Shown here: piece by piece, positions 1-9,505 of the stretch
Layout: each line of letters begins with the position of its first letter
Position numbering within the stretch: position 1 is the stretch's first letter
Origin: a plasmid
Direction: 5' to 3' (one strand)
Length of the DNA stretch: 64,000 bases
Sequence record: OW849071.1
The notes under the pieces: generated by a model
The model's database searches: none
What the model was told of the DNA's origin: nothing
The model's input: only the letters and a program-made list of their open reading frames with translations
Translations under genes and position numbers: made by a program

Positions 1-264
1 GAACTGACCAATCTCCGGGCTATCGAGAGTGAGTAACATCTCGTCATAGGTCCAGATTTTAGTATTCAGTCCCTGGGTTGAATATTCCGGGAAGACGATA
101 ACATCAAGTCCCGGATATCCGGCTTTGGTGGAGTCAACGGCCTTACAAATCTTATCGACCTGTATCTGGATATCCTCCGGTCCTTTAATAACGGGAACGG
201 GGTATTGGATGGCGGCAATTAATAACGCTTCATCCCAGGAGCTTACACTTCCGGTGCTACCCAT
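1..264 (-). CDS. Formamidase (AmiF/FmdA-type aliphatic amidase, nitrilase superfamily). Only the N-terminal ~88 codons are in the window; the gene runs off the left edge.
   Basis: Reverse-complement translation from the ATG at 262-264 gives MGSTGSVSSWDEALLIAAIQYPVPVIKGPEDIQIQVDKICKAVDSTKAGYPGLDVIVFPEYSTQGLNT. This closely parallels the N-terminus of H. pylori AmiF as I recall it (MGSIGSMGKPIEGFLVAAIQFPVP...TKAGYPG...FPEYSTQGLNT). It lies downstream of and co-oriented with the urt-like operon. Confidence 0.65.
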   Translation of the reverse strand, partial: MGSTGSVSSWDEALLIAAIQYPVPVIKGPEDIQIQVDKICKAVDSTKAGYPGLDVIVFPEYSTQGLNTKIWTYDEMLLTLDSPEIGQF

Positions 265-299
265 AGCAGACCTCTCGTAGTTAAGTTGGTGATATAAAT

Positions 300-995
300 T
301 TAAACCGACAGATATGACGCAATTTGTTCTTCATCAGCACCAGAACGCGCCTGTTGATGAACAATATTGCCTTTCTCAATAACAACAATTTTATCTGACA
401 CATCGAGTACAAAGCTTAAAACCTGCTCGGAAACTAATATGGTCAACCCTTCTGCATCACGAATCTTACGTAATATTTTTGCCATTTCTTTAATAATTGA
501 CGGTTGAATTCCCTCCGTTGGTTCATCCAGCAAAAGTAATTTGGGTTTACCGGCGAGAGCTCTGGCCATAACGAGCTGCTGCTGCTGACCACCGGAAAGA
601 TTTCCCGCCATCCGTTTGCGCATTTCTTTCAGCACAGGGAAATAGTCATACAGGTATTCAGGAACCTGTAACGAACGGGATTGGCGAATCCCCGTTTTTA
701 TATTTTCTTCAACCGTCATGGTTGAAAATACCATTCGCCCCTGCGGGACAAAGCCAATGCCATGCTGAACACGCTGGTAACTAAGCAAGCCGGTAATATT
801 TGTACCGGCAAACTCTAACTCACCGGCACAGGACGGTATCATACCAATCAGTGATTTCATCAGCGTGGTTTTACCCATACCATTGCGCCCTACCAGAGCG
901 ACGATTTCACCCTCTGCTAACGTCAGATTCAGTCCACTGATGACCTGGCTCTGACCATATGCGACAGCATAATCAGAAATTTTCAGCATCCGTGT
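300..995 (-). CDS. Urea/short-chain-amide ABC transporter ATP-binding protein, UrtE/LivF-like.
   Basis: Walker A (GRNGMGKTT), signature (LSGGQQQ) and Walker B (LLLLDEP) motifs are present. The likely true start is the Met of MLKISDYAVAYGQSQ at ~995, since the 300..1136 ORF is over-extended into the upstream gene. It is the last ATPase of a urtABCDE-like gene order. Confidence 0.75.
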   Translation of the reverse strand, partial: TRMLKISDYAVAYGQSQVISGLNLTLAEGEIVALVGRNGMGKTTLMKSLIGMIPSCAGELEFAGTNITGLLSYQRVQHGIGFVPQGRMVFSTMTVEENIKTGIRQSRSLQVPEYLYDYFPVLKEMRKRMAGNLSGGQQQQLVMARALAGKPKLLLLDEPTEGIQPSIIKEMAKILRKIRDAEGLTILVSEQVLSFVLDVSDKIVVIEKGNIVHQQARSGADEEQIASYLSV

Positions 996-999
996 CTCC

Positions 1000-1749
1000 T
1001 TAATGACCAAGATAAACGTCAATAACCCGAGGGTCGTTTTTGACTTTATTGATGCTACCTTCCGACAATACTTTTCCCTGGTGCATGACGGTGACATGAT
1101 CGGCAATGTCTTCGACGAACTGCATGTCGTGTTCAATCACCAGTACAGAACGTCCCCCGGCAATTTTGCGCAGGAGCTGCGCGGTTTTTTGGCGTTCGGC
1201 GACAGACATGCCTGCCACGGGTTCGTCCAGCATCATGAGCTTAGGATCTTGTATTAGTAGCATCCCTATTTCTAACCACTGCTTTTGCCCATGGCTGAGA
1301 AGGTCAGCCTGCGTATGTAGGTAATCGGCAAGGAAAATTTCGCCAGCAACCTGTTCGACCGCAGCGATTATTTCTGGCGTGCGACGAAAGAACATGGCGC
1401 CCAACGCGGTTCTGGCTTTGGGATAAGATAACTCGAGATTTTCAAATACCGTTAAGTTCTCATAGATTGATGGATTCTGGAATTTACGCCCAACCCCTTC
1501 ATGAACAATTTTATTTTCCCGAAGTTTACTCAGTTCCTTATTGCGAAATTTGATGCTGCCGCTGGTTAGCTTTGTTTTCCCGCAAATGAGATCAAGCACT
1601 GTTGTCTTACCCGCGCCATTTGGGCCAATAATAACGTAAATCTGCCCCTCATCGATGTACATTGAAAAATCATCGACGGCTTTGAAGCCATTAAATGAAA
1701 CGGTTAATCCCTCTACCGCTAAAATTATTTCTTTTATCGGATTTTTCAT
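1000..1749 (-). CDS. Urea/short-chain-amide ABC transporter ATP-binding protein, UrtD/LivG-like.
   Basis: Walker A (GPNGAGKTT), signature (LSHGQKQ) and Walker B (LMMLDEP) motifs; 249 aa; overlaps the downstream permease ORF by 4 nt. Confidence 0.75.
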   Translation of the reverse strand: MKNPIKEIILAVEGLTVSFNGFKAVDDFSMYIDEGQIYVIIGPNGAGKTTVLDLICGKTKLTSGSIKFRNKELSKLRENKIVHEGVGRKFQNPSIYENLTVFENLELSYPKARTALGAMFFRRTPEIIAAVEQVAGEIFLADYLHTQADLLSHGQKQWLEIGMLLIQDPKLMMLDEPVAGMSVAERQKTAQLLRKIAGGRSVLVIEHDMQFVEDIADHVTVMHQGKVLSEGSINKVKNDPRVIDVYLGH

Positions 1750-2256
1750 TTCAGCACTCCGGTGTTTACTCTGGGTTTGGTCATACTCTTTTTGCGCAGC
1801 AGCGACATCACGATCGGGTGAATATATTGCTGATAAAGCCCTGCCAGTCCTTTCGGGAAAATCAGCACGACGGCAATAAAGAGCAGGCCCATGGCAATCG
1901 TCCAGAGTTCAGGAAAAGACTCGGAAATACTGCTCTTGGCGGCATTGACGATAAGGGCGCCATATACTGCCCCCAGCAAAGAACCTCGCCCGCCCACGGC
2001 ACAGAAAACGACCATTTCAATTGAAGCAACAGTGCCAATAAACCCTGGCGACATGAACCCTACTTGCAGAGTGAACATCGCGCCACCGATCGCCGAAAAC
2101 AGAGCGCTAATGCAGAAAACCACCGTTTTGATATTCGCGACATCATAACCAGAGAAACGAACGCGGTCTTCCTTATCGCGAATGGCAACCATCAGTCGGC
2201 CGAGCTTGCTATTCACAATAAAATAGCCCGCGCTCACAACCAGCATCAGTAAAACA
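1746..2256 (-). pseudogene. urtC-like branched-chain/urea ABC permease, 3' (C-terminal) portion separated from its 5' portion by IS1.
   Basis: The ORF 1746..2270 encodes a hydrophobic LivM-like permease C-terminus. Its first codons are supplied by the IS1 end. The reading frame continues on the other side of IS1 at 3025..3640. Confidence 0.7.
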
Positions 2257-2311
2257 GGTGATGCTACCAACTTGCTGATTTAGTGTATAATGGTGTTTTT
2301 GAGGTGCTCCC

Positions 2312-2587
2312 GTGGCTTCAGTCTCCGTCTGCTGTCCCTCCTGTTCCGCTACTGAAGGCGTGATGCGTAATGGCAAAAGTACTGCCGGGCATCAACGTTA
2401 TCTCTGCTCTCACTGCCGTAAAACATGGCAGCTCACCTTCACTTATGCCGCTTCTCAGCCCGGTACACACCAGAAAATCATTGATATGGCTATGAACGGC
2501 GTCGGTTGCCGTGCCACCGCACGACTAATGGGCGTGGGCCTCAACACCATTTTGCGCCATTTAAAAAACTCAGGCCGCAGTCAGTAA
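2312..2587 (+). CDS. insA: IS1 InsA.
   Basis: 91 aa, [40 protein letters not shown]..., the canonical IS1 InsA zinc-finger/HTH protein. Confidence 0.9.
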   Translation: MASVSVCCPSCSATEGVMRNGKSTAGHQRYLCSHCRKTWQLTFTYAASQPGTHQKIIDMAMNGVGCRATARLMGVGLNTILRHLKNSGRSQ

Positions 2588-3009
2588 CCTCCCGGATACA
2601 GCCGGGCAGTGATGTCATTGTCTGTGCGGAGATGGACGAGCAATGGGGCTACGTCGGTGCAAAATCACGTCAGCGCTGGCTGTTTTACGCGTATGACAGG
2701 ATACGCAGGGCGGTGGTAGCCCACGTTTTCGGTGAACGCACTATGGCCACACTGGAGCGTCTTCTGAGCCTGCTGTCAGTTTTTGACGTGGTGGTATGGA
2801 TGACGGACGGCTGGCCGATGTATGAGTCACGTCTGAAGGGAAAACTGCACGTCATCAGTAAGCGTTACACGCAGCGAATTGAGCGACACAACCTGAATCT
2901 GAGACAGCATCTGGCAAGGCTGGGCAGGAAGTCCCTGTCGTTCTCAAAATCGGTGGAGCTGCATGACAAAGTCATCGGGCACTATCTGAACATAAAACAC
3001 TATCAGTAA
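2506..3009 (+). CDS. insB: IS1 InsB (expressed as the InsAB' transposase by a -1 frameshift).
   Basis: 167-aa ORF overlapping insA in the -1 frame. The canonical InsB sequence ...[70 protein letters not shown] is present. Confidence 0.85.
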   Translation: MPCHRTTNGRGPQHHFAPFKKLRPQSVTSRIQPGSDVIVCAEMDEQWGYVGAKSRQRWLFYAYDRIRRAVVAHVFGERTMATLERLLSLLSVFDVVVWMTDGWPMYESRLKGKLHVISKRYTQRIERHNLNLRQHLARLGRKSLSFSKSVELHDKVIGHYLNIKHYQ

Positions 3010-3024
3010 ATTGGAGTCATTACC

Positions 3025-3640
3025 GTAAAACAGCATTAATAAAGTAGAGGATATAGCGTGCAGAATCAGTACGGATATCCCAACCTAAAAGCGTGCGTAA
3101 ATCCGTGATGCCGTTAATTCCCCCGGTGTAACCCTGTTGTCCGATAATAAGAATCGTCAGGATCGCGGAGATAGCCTGGGTGATAATAGCGAAGTACACC
3201 CCGCCAACGCGGCGTTTAAACATTGCGCTGCCGAGAATCCATGCGCAAATAGTGGGCACGATTAAAATAGCCAGAATTGTCAGACTAAAAGAATGGAATG
3301 GCTGCCAGAACGAGGGCAAAGCGGTTAGCTGATTCCAGTCCATAAAATCCGGGATGCCCGGGGTGGTTTGCATTTTTGTTTCCGCTGGCGAGGAAGCTTC
3401 CAGCTTGAGAAACATGGCCATACAATAACCGCCGAGGCCAAAAAAGATGCCCTGCCCCAGGCTCAGAATACCGCTGTAGCCCCAACAAAGTACCAGCCCG
3501 ACGGCAACAAATGCATAAGTCAGGTATTTACCGATCAGGTTTAAACGGAAAAGATCCAGGGTTAGCGGCATGACGATAAAAATAAGGCCTATCACCAGGG
3601 CAATACCCAGTAGCGGATAATTTTGCATGCGTTTCATCAT
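3025..3640 (-). pseudogene. urtC-like ABC permease, 5' (N-terminal) portion interrupted by IS1.
   Basis: 206-aa hydrophobic N-terminal permease segment (MMKRMQNYPLLGIALVIGLIFIVMPL...). The reading frame terminates at a stop provided by the IS1 end (3020-3022). Confidence 0.7.
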
Positions 3641-3646
3641 AAACTC

Positions 3647-4573
3647 CTAGCGGCGGACCCGGTTGGCGAAAAGACCTTGCGGACGCAATAGCAGAATGCC
3701 GACCACGATCAGTAGCGTAATCACCTTCGCCATTGAACCGCTCAGGAAAAACTCCAGCGTGGATTGCGATTGTGAAATGGCAAATGCGGAGGCGAGCGTG
3801 CCGAGCAAACTTTGCGCGCCGCCAAACACCACCACCAGGAAGGTGTCAACGATATACTGCTGGCCAGCCGTTGGACCTGTTGAGCCGATCATGGTAAAGG
3901 CGCTTCCGGCGATCCCGGCGATGCCGCACCCAAGTGCGAAGGTTCGACTATCGACCTGAGCCGTATTAATACCCACCGCGCTGGCCATCTGGCGGTTAAG
4001 TACCACCGCGCGGACTTTTATTCCCCAGGCGGAGAAATAAATCAGCCAGGCCGTAAAAGCGGTAATAACTACGGTCAGCAGCAGAACAAATACCCCATTA
4101 ACAGGAATATCAATATTGTCGGCAAACTGATACGACCCCATTAGCCATGAAGGTAAGTCAACGCCGACTTCGCGGGGACCAAATAGCGAACGATAGCACT
4201 GCTGTAGAATCAGGCTCAGACCCCATGTCGCCAGCAGCGTGTCGAGGGGGCGTTTATACAGATGCCGTATCAGGATTTTCTCAACGAGCGTACCCAGCAA
4301 GGCGGTACACAGGAAAGCAAGGGCAATGGCAACAAAGAAGTAGATGCCGAAGATTGAAGGCAGATAAGCGCTGAAAAACTTACCGGTCAACCATGTGACA
4401 TAAGCACCCAGGATCATGAACTCGCCATGAGCCATATTAATCACGCCCATCTGGCCAAAAATAATAGCGAGTCCAAGCGACATCAGAACAAACACGGCGA
4501 ACAGGCTGAGCCCCGAAAACCCCTGCATGACAAAAATGGAAGCCAAATCGGCGAAGTTATAATCGCTGAACAT
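3647..4573 (-). CDS. Urea/short-chain-amide ABC transporter permease, UrtB/LivH-like.
   Basis: Polytopic LivH-family permease. The likely start is MFSDYNFADLASIFVMQGFSGL at 4573; the 5' extension of the 3647..4732 ORF is probably spurious. Confidence 0.7.
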   Translation of the reverse strand: MFSDYNFADLASIFVMQGFSGLSLFAVFVLMSLGLAIIFGQMGVINMAHGEFMILGAYVTWLTGKFFSAYLPSIFGIYFFVAIALAFLCTALLGTLVEKILIRHLYKRPLDTLLATWGLSLILQQCYRSLFGPREVGVDLPSWLMGSYQFADNIDIPVNGVFVLLLTVVITAFTAWLIYFSAWGIKVRAVVLNRQMASAVGINTAQVDSRTFALGCGIAGIAGSAFTMIGSTGPTAGQQYIVDTFLVVVFGGAQSLLGTLASAFAISQSQSTLEFFLSGSMAKVITLLIVVGILLLRPQGLFANRVRR

Positions 4574-4629
4574 GGAAGTATCCTCGGTGAAGTCAAAGCC
4601 CCCCCACGCTATATGGGGGGAAGCGTCGG

Positions 4630-5874
4630 TTAGTCTTTCGGGAATGGGTTCGGTTCGATAAGTTCTGGCGTCTGATAAATCACGTCGTACTGCCCATCCG
4701 CACGAGCGCGACCGATAACCGTTTTGGACCACAGATGATGGTTATCATGGATGCGTACATACCCTTCCGGCGCATCTTTGAACTCAATACCGGGCGAGGC
4801 CTTACGAATTTTGTCCACGTCGAACGAGCCAGCTTTCTCAACCGCCGCTTTCCATAACCATGGGCCAAGATAGGCCGCCTGAGTGACATCGCCGATAACC
4901 ATGTCATTACCCCAGCGCTTTTTAAATGCGGCGACAAAGCTTTTATTTTCCGGATTATCCATACTCTGGAAATACTTCATCGAGGCATAGGCGCCGACGA
5001 TATTTTCGCCGCCAATACCGCGGATCTCATCTTCCGTGACGGAGATGGTCAGCAGCAGCGGTTTCTCCTGCGTCATATCGATCCCCGCCGCCTTCAATTG
5101 CTTATAGAAGGCCACATTCGAACCGCCGACAACAATGGCATAGATAACATCAGGCTTTTTGAGTTTTATTTTGTTAATAACCGAATTGAACTGCGTATTA
5201 CCGAGTGGGTAATAATCTTCGCCAACGACTTTCAGCCCCAGCTTTTCAATATGGTGACGGGCGATTTTGTTTGCAGTACGCGGCCAAATATAATCAGAGC
5301 CAAGCAGGTAGAAGGTTTTTGCATGTTTATTTTTAACTACCCAATCAATGCCGGAGATTATCTGTTGAGTAGCTTCCTGTCCGGTATAAATAACGTTTGG
5401 CGATTGCTCAAGCCCTTCGTAAAAGGTTGGGTAATAGAGCATGCCGTTATATTGCTCAAGTACCGGCAGCATGGCTTTGCGGGAAGCCGAAGTCCAGCCG
5501 CCGAAGATAGCGGCGACCTTATCACTGACCAGTAACTTACGCGCTTTTTCTGCAAAGGTCGGCCAGTCGCTGGCCCCGTCTTCCTGTACATATTCAATTT
5601 TTCTCCCCAGTACCCCTCCGGCAGCGTTAATCTGCTCAATAGCCAGCTTTTCAGCCTGAATCGAGCCGGTTTCACTGATGGCCATCGTGCCTGTGGATGA
5701 ATGCAGTATCCCGACCTTGACGCTATTGTCGGTGACCGCCAGGCCCGTGGTATTAACCACTGACGTCGCCGGGGCGGCGATGGCCGTATTAGCTGCCATC
5801 ATCAGGCCGGCAATCGCCAAAAGTTTCGCTTTGAGGCACGCCTGGTGAAACCGGCCTGGGCTCGGTATTTTCAT
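4630..5874 (-). CDS. Periplasmic substrate-binding protein of the urea/amide ABC transporter (UrtA/FmdD-like, LivJ superfamily).
   Basis: ~415 aa with an N-terminal signal peptide (LLAIAGLMMAANTAIAAPA). A type-I periplasmic-binding fold is inferred from family resemblance. It is the first gene of the urt-like operon on the minus strand. Confidence 0.7.
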   Translation of the reverse strand: MKIPSPGRFHQACLKAKLLAIAGLMMAANTAIAAPATSVVNTTGLAVTDNSVKVGILHSSTGTMAISETGSIQAEKLAIEQINAAGGVLGRKIEYVQEDGASDWPTFAEKARKLLVSDKVAAIFGGWTSASRKAMLPVLEQYNGMLYYPTFYEGLEQSPNVIYTGQEATQQIISGIDWVVKNKHAKTFYLLGSDYIWPRTANKIARHHIEKLGLKVVGEDYYPLGNTQFNSVINKIKLKKPDVIYAIVVGGSNVAFYKQLKAAGIDMTQEKPLLLTISVTEDEIRGIGGENIVGAYASMKYFQSMDNPENKSFVAAFKKRWGNDMVIGDVTQAAYLGPWLWKAAVEKAGSFDVDKIRKASPGIEFKDAPEGYVRIHDNHHLWSKTVIGRARADGQYDVIYQTPELIEPNPFPKD

Positions 5875-6124
5875 ATTGCTATGTGGCTGGGGTAAATCAC
5901 GAATGTTCATGGTAGCCCTCATAATCGTTATGGTTCATCTCAACTGGGGCTATCATGCGAGAGAGTCCATCAATCCAACAATGCGCGAGGTAACGCAGCG
6001 GCTACGTCATTTAACGTATTGGTTAATTCTCATAATCAAGACATGCTCACGTGCGCGATAACAAGAAAATACTAAGACGCGCCTGTGGTTAAGTTCAGCA
6101 TTTTTATCATTTCAGGAGCAGTGA

Positions 6125-9100
6125 ATGACCGTTCAGCAAAAGGCGTTTAAATCGCGCAGACGCTACAACCAGTGGGTGACCAATCAGACTCTCGAGGATT
6201 TTGCGCTCCGCTATACGCCGGTCTCGGCACGACGCTGGAGCGCAAAGCGAGTTGTTATGACAGCGCTCAGCGCAATTACCTTTTTGGCGCTTGAAGCCAT
6301 TGGCGGCGCGCTGACGTTAACCTATGGATTTAATTATGTGGTGGTGGCGGTTATCTTAGTTAGCATTATTATCTTTGCGCTATCAATGCCGATTGCCATT
6401 AATGCCGCAAAAAACGGCCTGGATATTGATTTGCTGACCCGCGGCGCCGGATTTGGCTACCTTGGTTCCACGGTGACCTCGTTAATCTATGCTTCTTTCA
6501 CCTTTATATTTTTCGCCCTGGAAGCCGCTATTATGGCGATGGCGCTTAATATGCTGTTTGGCCTGCCATTGCACTTTGGTTATCTGATTGGTTCCGTTGT
6601 TGTTATTCCCCTCGTCACCTGGGGGTTCACTTTTATTTCCCGTTTTCAGCAGTTCACCCAGTTTTGCTGGCTGGCGCTACAGCTATTACCCTTTATTTTC
6701 ATTTTAATACGTGAACATCATGTGCTGCAAAACTGGATCGACTTCCCTGGTTTTATTACAGCCCGCGATGGTTCTTTCGATTTCCTTCAGCTCGGCGCCG
6801 TCTGTTCCGTACTGCTCTCACTGGTAAGTCAAGTGGGAGAGCAGGTCGATCAGGTTCGTTTTTTACCAAAGCCACAACATCCGGCCCGCTGGAGATGGTA
6901 TGGCGCAGTAATTGCCGCAGGTCCGGGGTGGGTTGTCATCGGCGCCATCAAGATCCTGCTCGGCTCCTTCCTCGCCGTGCTGGCGTTTAATTACGGACTC
7001 GGCGCGGAACTGGCCAGCGAACCCACCCATATGTATCTGGTGGCATTTAGCTATGTCACCCATTCATCATCAACGCTACTGGCATTAACCGGTATTTTTG
7101 TGGTGCTCTCCCAGCTCAAAATTAACGTCACCAATGCATATGCCGGCTCGATCGCATGGTCTAATTTTTTCCTGCGCCTGACCCATCGTCATCCAGGGCG
7201 CGTCGTGTGGCTGTTTTTTAATGTCGGTATTGCTCTGTTATTGATGGAACTTGGCGTTTATCGCGTATTTGAGGATATCCTGGGCATTTATGCGGTGGCG
7301 GCCACATCCTGGCTTGGCAGCGTGGTTGCCGATATCACCTTAAATAAGTGGCTTAAATTACGACCAGCGGAAATAGAGTTTCGCCGGGCCTATCTCTACG
7401 ATATCAATCCTGTCGGCATCGGTTCGATGACGCTCGCCATGCTCTGCGGTCTCTCAGCCTGGATGGGATGGCTTGGTCATCCTCTACAGGTTTTTGCCTC
7501 AATGTTATCGTTGTGTCTGACGTTTATCACCGCCCCCTTCATCGCCTGGCTGACTCGCGGACGTTACTATTTTTCCCGGACGCCGGTGCAGGTCACGGCA
7601 ACGGAATGCTGTGTCTGCGGTAATTATTTTGAAAAACCAGAGATGAGCTATTGTCCTTTTTATCAGGGCAGTATTTGCTCACTATGTTGTTCTCTCGATG
7701 TCCAGTGCAACGATACTTGCAAACCTCATGCGCGCTATACGGAACAGGCTTCAAAGCTTATCGGGATATTTATTAAAGAAAAATCATTACGCAAAATTGA
7801 TCCCAGAGTGTGGAGTTTTATCAGCATTTTGCTGTTATTCAGTTCCGTCATCGGTCTGCTTTTGATGCTGGTTTTCGCTCAGATGCGCGATGAATTCGGC
7901 AGCGAGCAGGACCTTCTCGCCGCGGCGTTATGGAAAGTTTTTTTTATCCTGCTTATCGTAACCGGCGTCACCACCTGGCTATTTGTCCTGACAAATAAAA
8001 GTCGCCAGATTGCGCAAGAGGAATTGCGCCTGCAAAGCGACCGTCTGATGAAAGAAATTATTGCCCATGAAGCGACGGACCGGCAATTGCAGCAGGCAAA
8101 GGAAGATGCCGACGATGCTAATCAGGCCAAAAGCCGCTATCTCACCGGGATTACTCATGAACTCAGAACGCCGCTCAATGCGATGCTGGGTTATGCGCAA
8201 TTACTCGAACGTGCTGATGATATCCCTCCAGCCCGGCAGCGCGGTATCGGTATTATGCGCAGAAGCGGCGAGCATCTGGCTAATCTAATTGAGGGATTAC
8301 TGGATATTTCGAAAATTGAAGCGGGAAAATTAGAAATATATCGTGAAGAAGTGCGCATTGGCGATTTGGTGCAGCAACTGGTCGCCATGTTTGAACAACA
8401 GGCCAGCGATAAAGGACTGACATTTCACTACAACGCCCCACACTGGCTGCCCGAGGCGGTGATGACGGATGAGAAACGCCTCCGGCAAATTCTTATCAAT
8501 CTGCTTTCTAATGCGGTTAAATTCACGGACAGAGGCAGTGTAACCCTCGATTTCCAGTATCGTAGCGAGGTGGCGTTTTTCTCGGTTCACGATACCGGCA
8601 TCGGCATCGCCCCTGAGAACCTGGAACGCATCTTTAAGCCTTTCGAACGCGTATCCGGCGATAGTCGTCGGATCGGGACGGGCCTTGGGCTGACGATTAC
8701 CCGGCTTCTGACTTATATCATGGGTGGCGATCTCCAGGTGGAAAGCATCCGTGGCGAAGGCACAACGTTTAAACTCACCCTGATGCTGCCAAGCTATAGC
8801 GGGGATGCCTACCAACCCGCCGAGCCTGCGGTAATCACCGGATATCCAGGCAAGCGACACACCCTGCTGGTAGTTGACGATGATGAATCCCATCGGCAGC
8901 TGATGATGGATTTACTCACGCCCATAGGCTTCACGCTGCTAACAGCCGAAAATGGTCATGTCGCGCTACATTTAGCCCGGCAAAATCATATCGACCTTCT
9001 TCTTCTGGATGTTGCAATGCCTGAAATGTCGGGGTGGGAACTGCTACGTCAGTTACGTAATAAGGGACAATTAGCGCCGGTAATTATGATTTCTGCGGAA

Positions 9101-9505
9101 GCGGATGAGGGTAAATGCCGCCACTTCACTGGCGAAGGGGAAGTTCGCTACCTGGTTAAACCGCTGCGTTTCCCTTTACTACTGGAGAACATCGGTGAAA
9201 TATTGCATCTCCAGTGGCGCACGGAATGTCAGCCGCCAAAGCAGCCGGAAATACATGAACCACGCTCGCAGCTTACCCGTGTCCAGATTGAGTCGTTAAA
9301 AGAGATGGCCAGATTGGGTTATGTGAGAGGGTTTCGTGAACTGCTGGACAAACATATTTCCGCTAACCAGATCAGCAAAGCCGAGGGCGAAAAATTTGCC
9401 GAGTTGCTGAGGCGCTTTCGATTCAAAGAGATAGTCGAGAGTCTTGAACGCCCGGAGGGAGAGAAAAATGGCAATAGCAAAGCCGACGGTACTTATCGTC
9501 GATGA
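6125..9505 (+). CDS. Hybrid sensor histidine kinase/response regulator with an N-terminal ~480-aa NCS1-like (purine-cytosine permease-like) polytopic membrane domain and a Cys-rich segment.
   Basis: 1126 aa. A 12-TM-like hydrophobic N-terminal domain resembles CodB/NCS1 permeases. The Cys-rich stretch CCVCGNYFEKPEMSYCPFYQGSICSLCCSLDVQCNDTCK is encoded at 7607-7728. A coiled-coil, HisKA (ITHELRTPLNAMLGYAQLL), HATPase_c (NLLSNAVKFT...GTGLGLTITRLL) and a C-terminal REC domain (LLVVDDDESHRQL...LLLLDVAMPEMSGWELL) follow. Confidence 0.75.
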   Translation: MTVQQKAFKSRRRYNQWVTNQTLEDFALRYTPVSARRWSAKRVVMTALSAITFLALEAIGGALTLTYGFNYVVVAVILVSIIIFALSMPIAINAAKNGLDIDLLTRGAGFGYLGSTVTSLIYASFTFIFFALEAAIMAMALNMLFGLPLHFGYLIGSVVVIPLVTWGFTFISRFQQFTQFCWLALQLLPFIFILIREHHVLQNWIDFPGFITARDGSFDFLQLGAVCSVLLSLVSQVGEQVDQVRFLPKPQHPARWRWYGAVIAAGPGWVVIGAIKILLGSFLAVLAFNYGLGAELASEPTHMYLVAFSYVTHSSSTLLALTGIFVVLSQLKINVTNAYAGSIAWSNFFLRLTHRHPGRVVWLFFNVGIALLLMELGVYRVFEDILGIYAVAATSWLGSVVADITLNKWLKLRPAEIEFRRAYLYDINPVGIGSMTLAMLCGLSAWMGWLGHPLQVFASMLSLCLTFITAPFIAWLTRGRYYFSRTPVQVTATECCVCGNYFEKPEMSYCPFYQGSICSLCCSLDVQCNDTCKPHARYTEQASKLIGIFIKEKSLRKIDPRVWSFISILLLFSSVIGLLLMLVFAQMRDEFGSEQDLLAAALWKVFFILLIVTGVTTWLFVLTNKSRQIAQEELRLQSDRLMKEIIAHEATDRQLQQAKEDADDANQAKSRYLTGITHELRTPLNAMLGYAQLLERADDIPPARQRGIGIMRRSGEHLANLIEGLLDISKIEAGKLEIYREEVRIGDLVQQLVAMFEQQASDKGLTFHYNAPHWLPEAVMTDEKRLRQILINLLSNAVKFTDRGSVTLDFQYRSEVAFFSVHDTGIGIAPENLERIFKPFERVSGDSRRIGTGLGLTITRLLTYIMGGDLQVESIRGEGTTFKLTLMLPSYSGDAYQPAEPAVITGYPGKRHTLLVVDDDESHRQLMMDLLTPIGFTLLTAENGHVALHLARQNHIDLLLLDVAMPEMSGWELLRQLRNKGQLAPVIMISAEADEGKCRHFTGEGEVRYLVKPLRFPLLLENIGEILHLQWRTECQPPKQPEIHEPRSQLTRVQIESLKEMARLGYVRGFRELLDKHISANQISKAEGEKFAELLRRFRFKEIVESLERPEGEKNGNSKADGTYRR

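Larger units (their letters stand above)
2257..3024 (+). mobile_element. IS1 copy 1 (768 bp) inserted in urtC.
   Basis: The terminal inverted repeats are ggtgatgctaccaacttgctgat (2257-) and attggagtcattacc (-3024). insA and insB ORFs lie inside. A flanking direct repeat gtaaaaca(g) is present at 2249-2257 and 3025-3033. Confidence 0.9.

Noticed and set aside
300-1136. The 278-aa ORF overlaps the upstream ATPase gene by ~140 nt.
   Set aside because: The N-terminal 47 codons lie inside the UrtD-like gene and have no ATPase features. The conserved ABC N-terminus begins at MLKISDY, so the true start is ~995.
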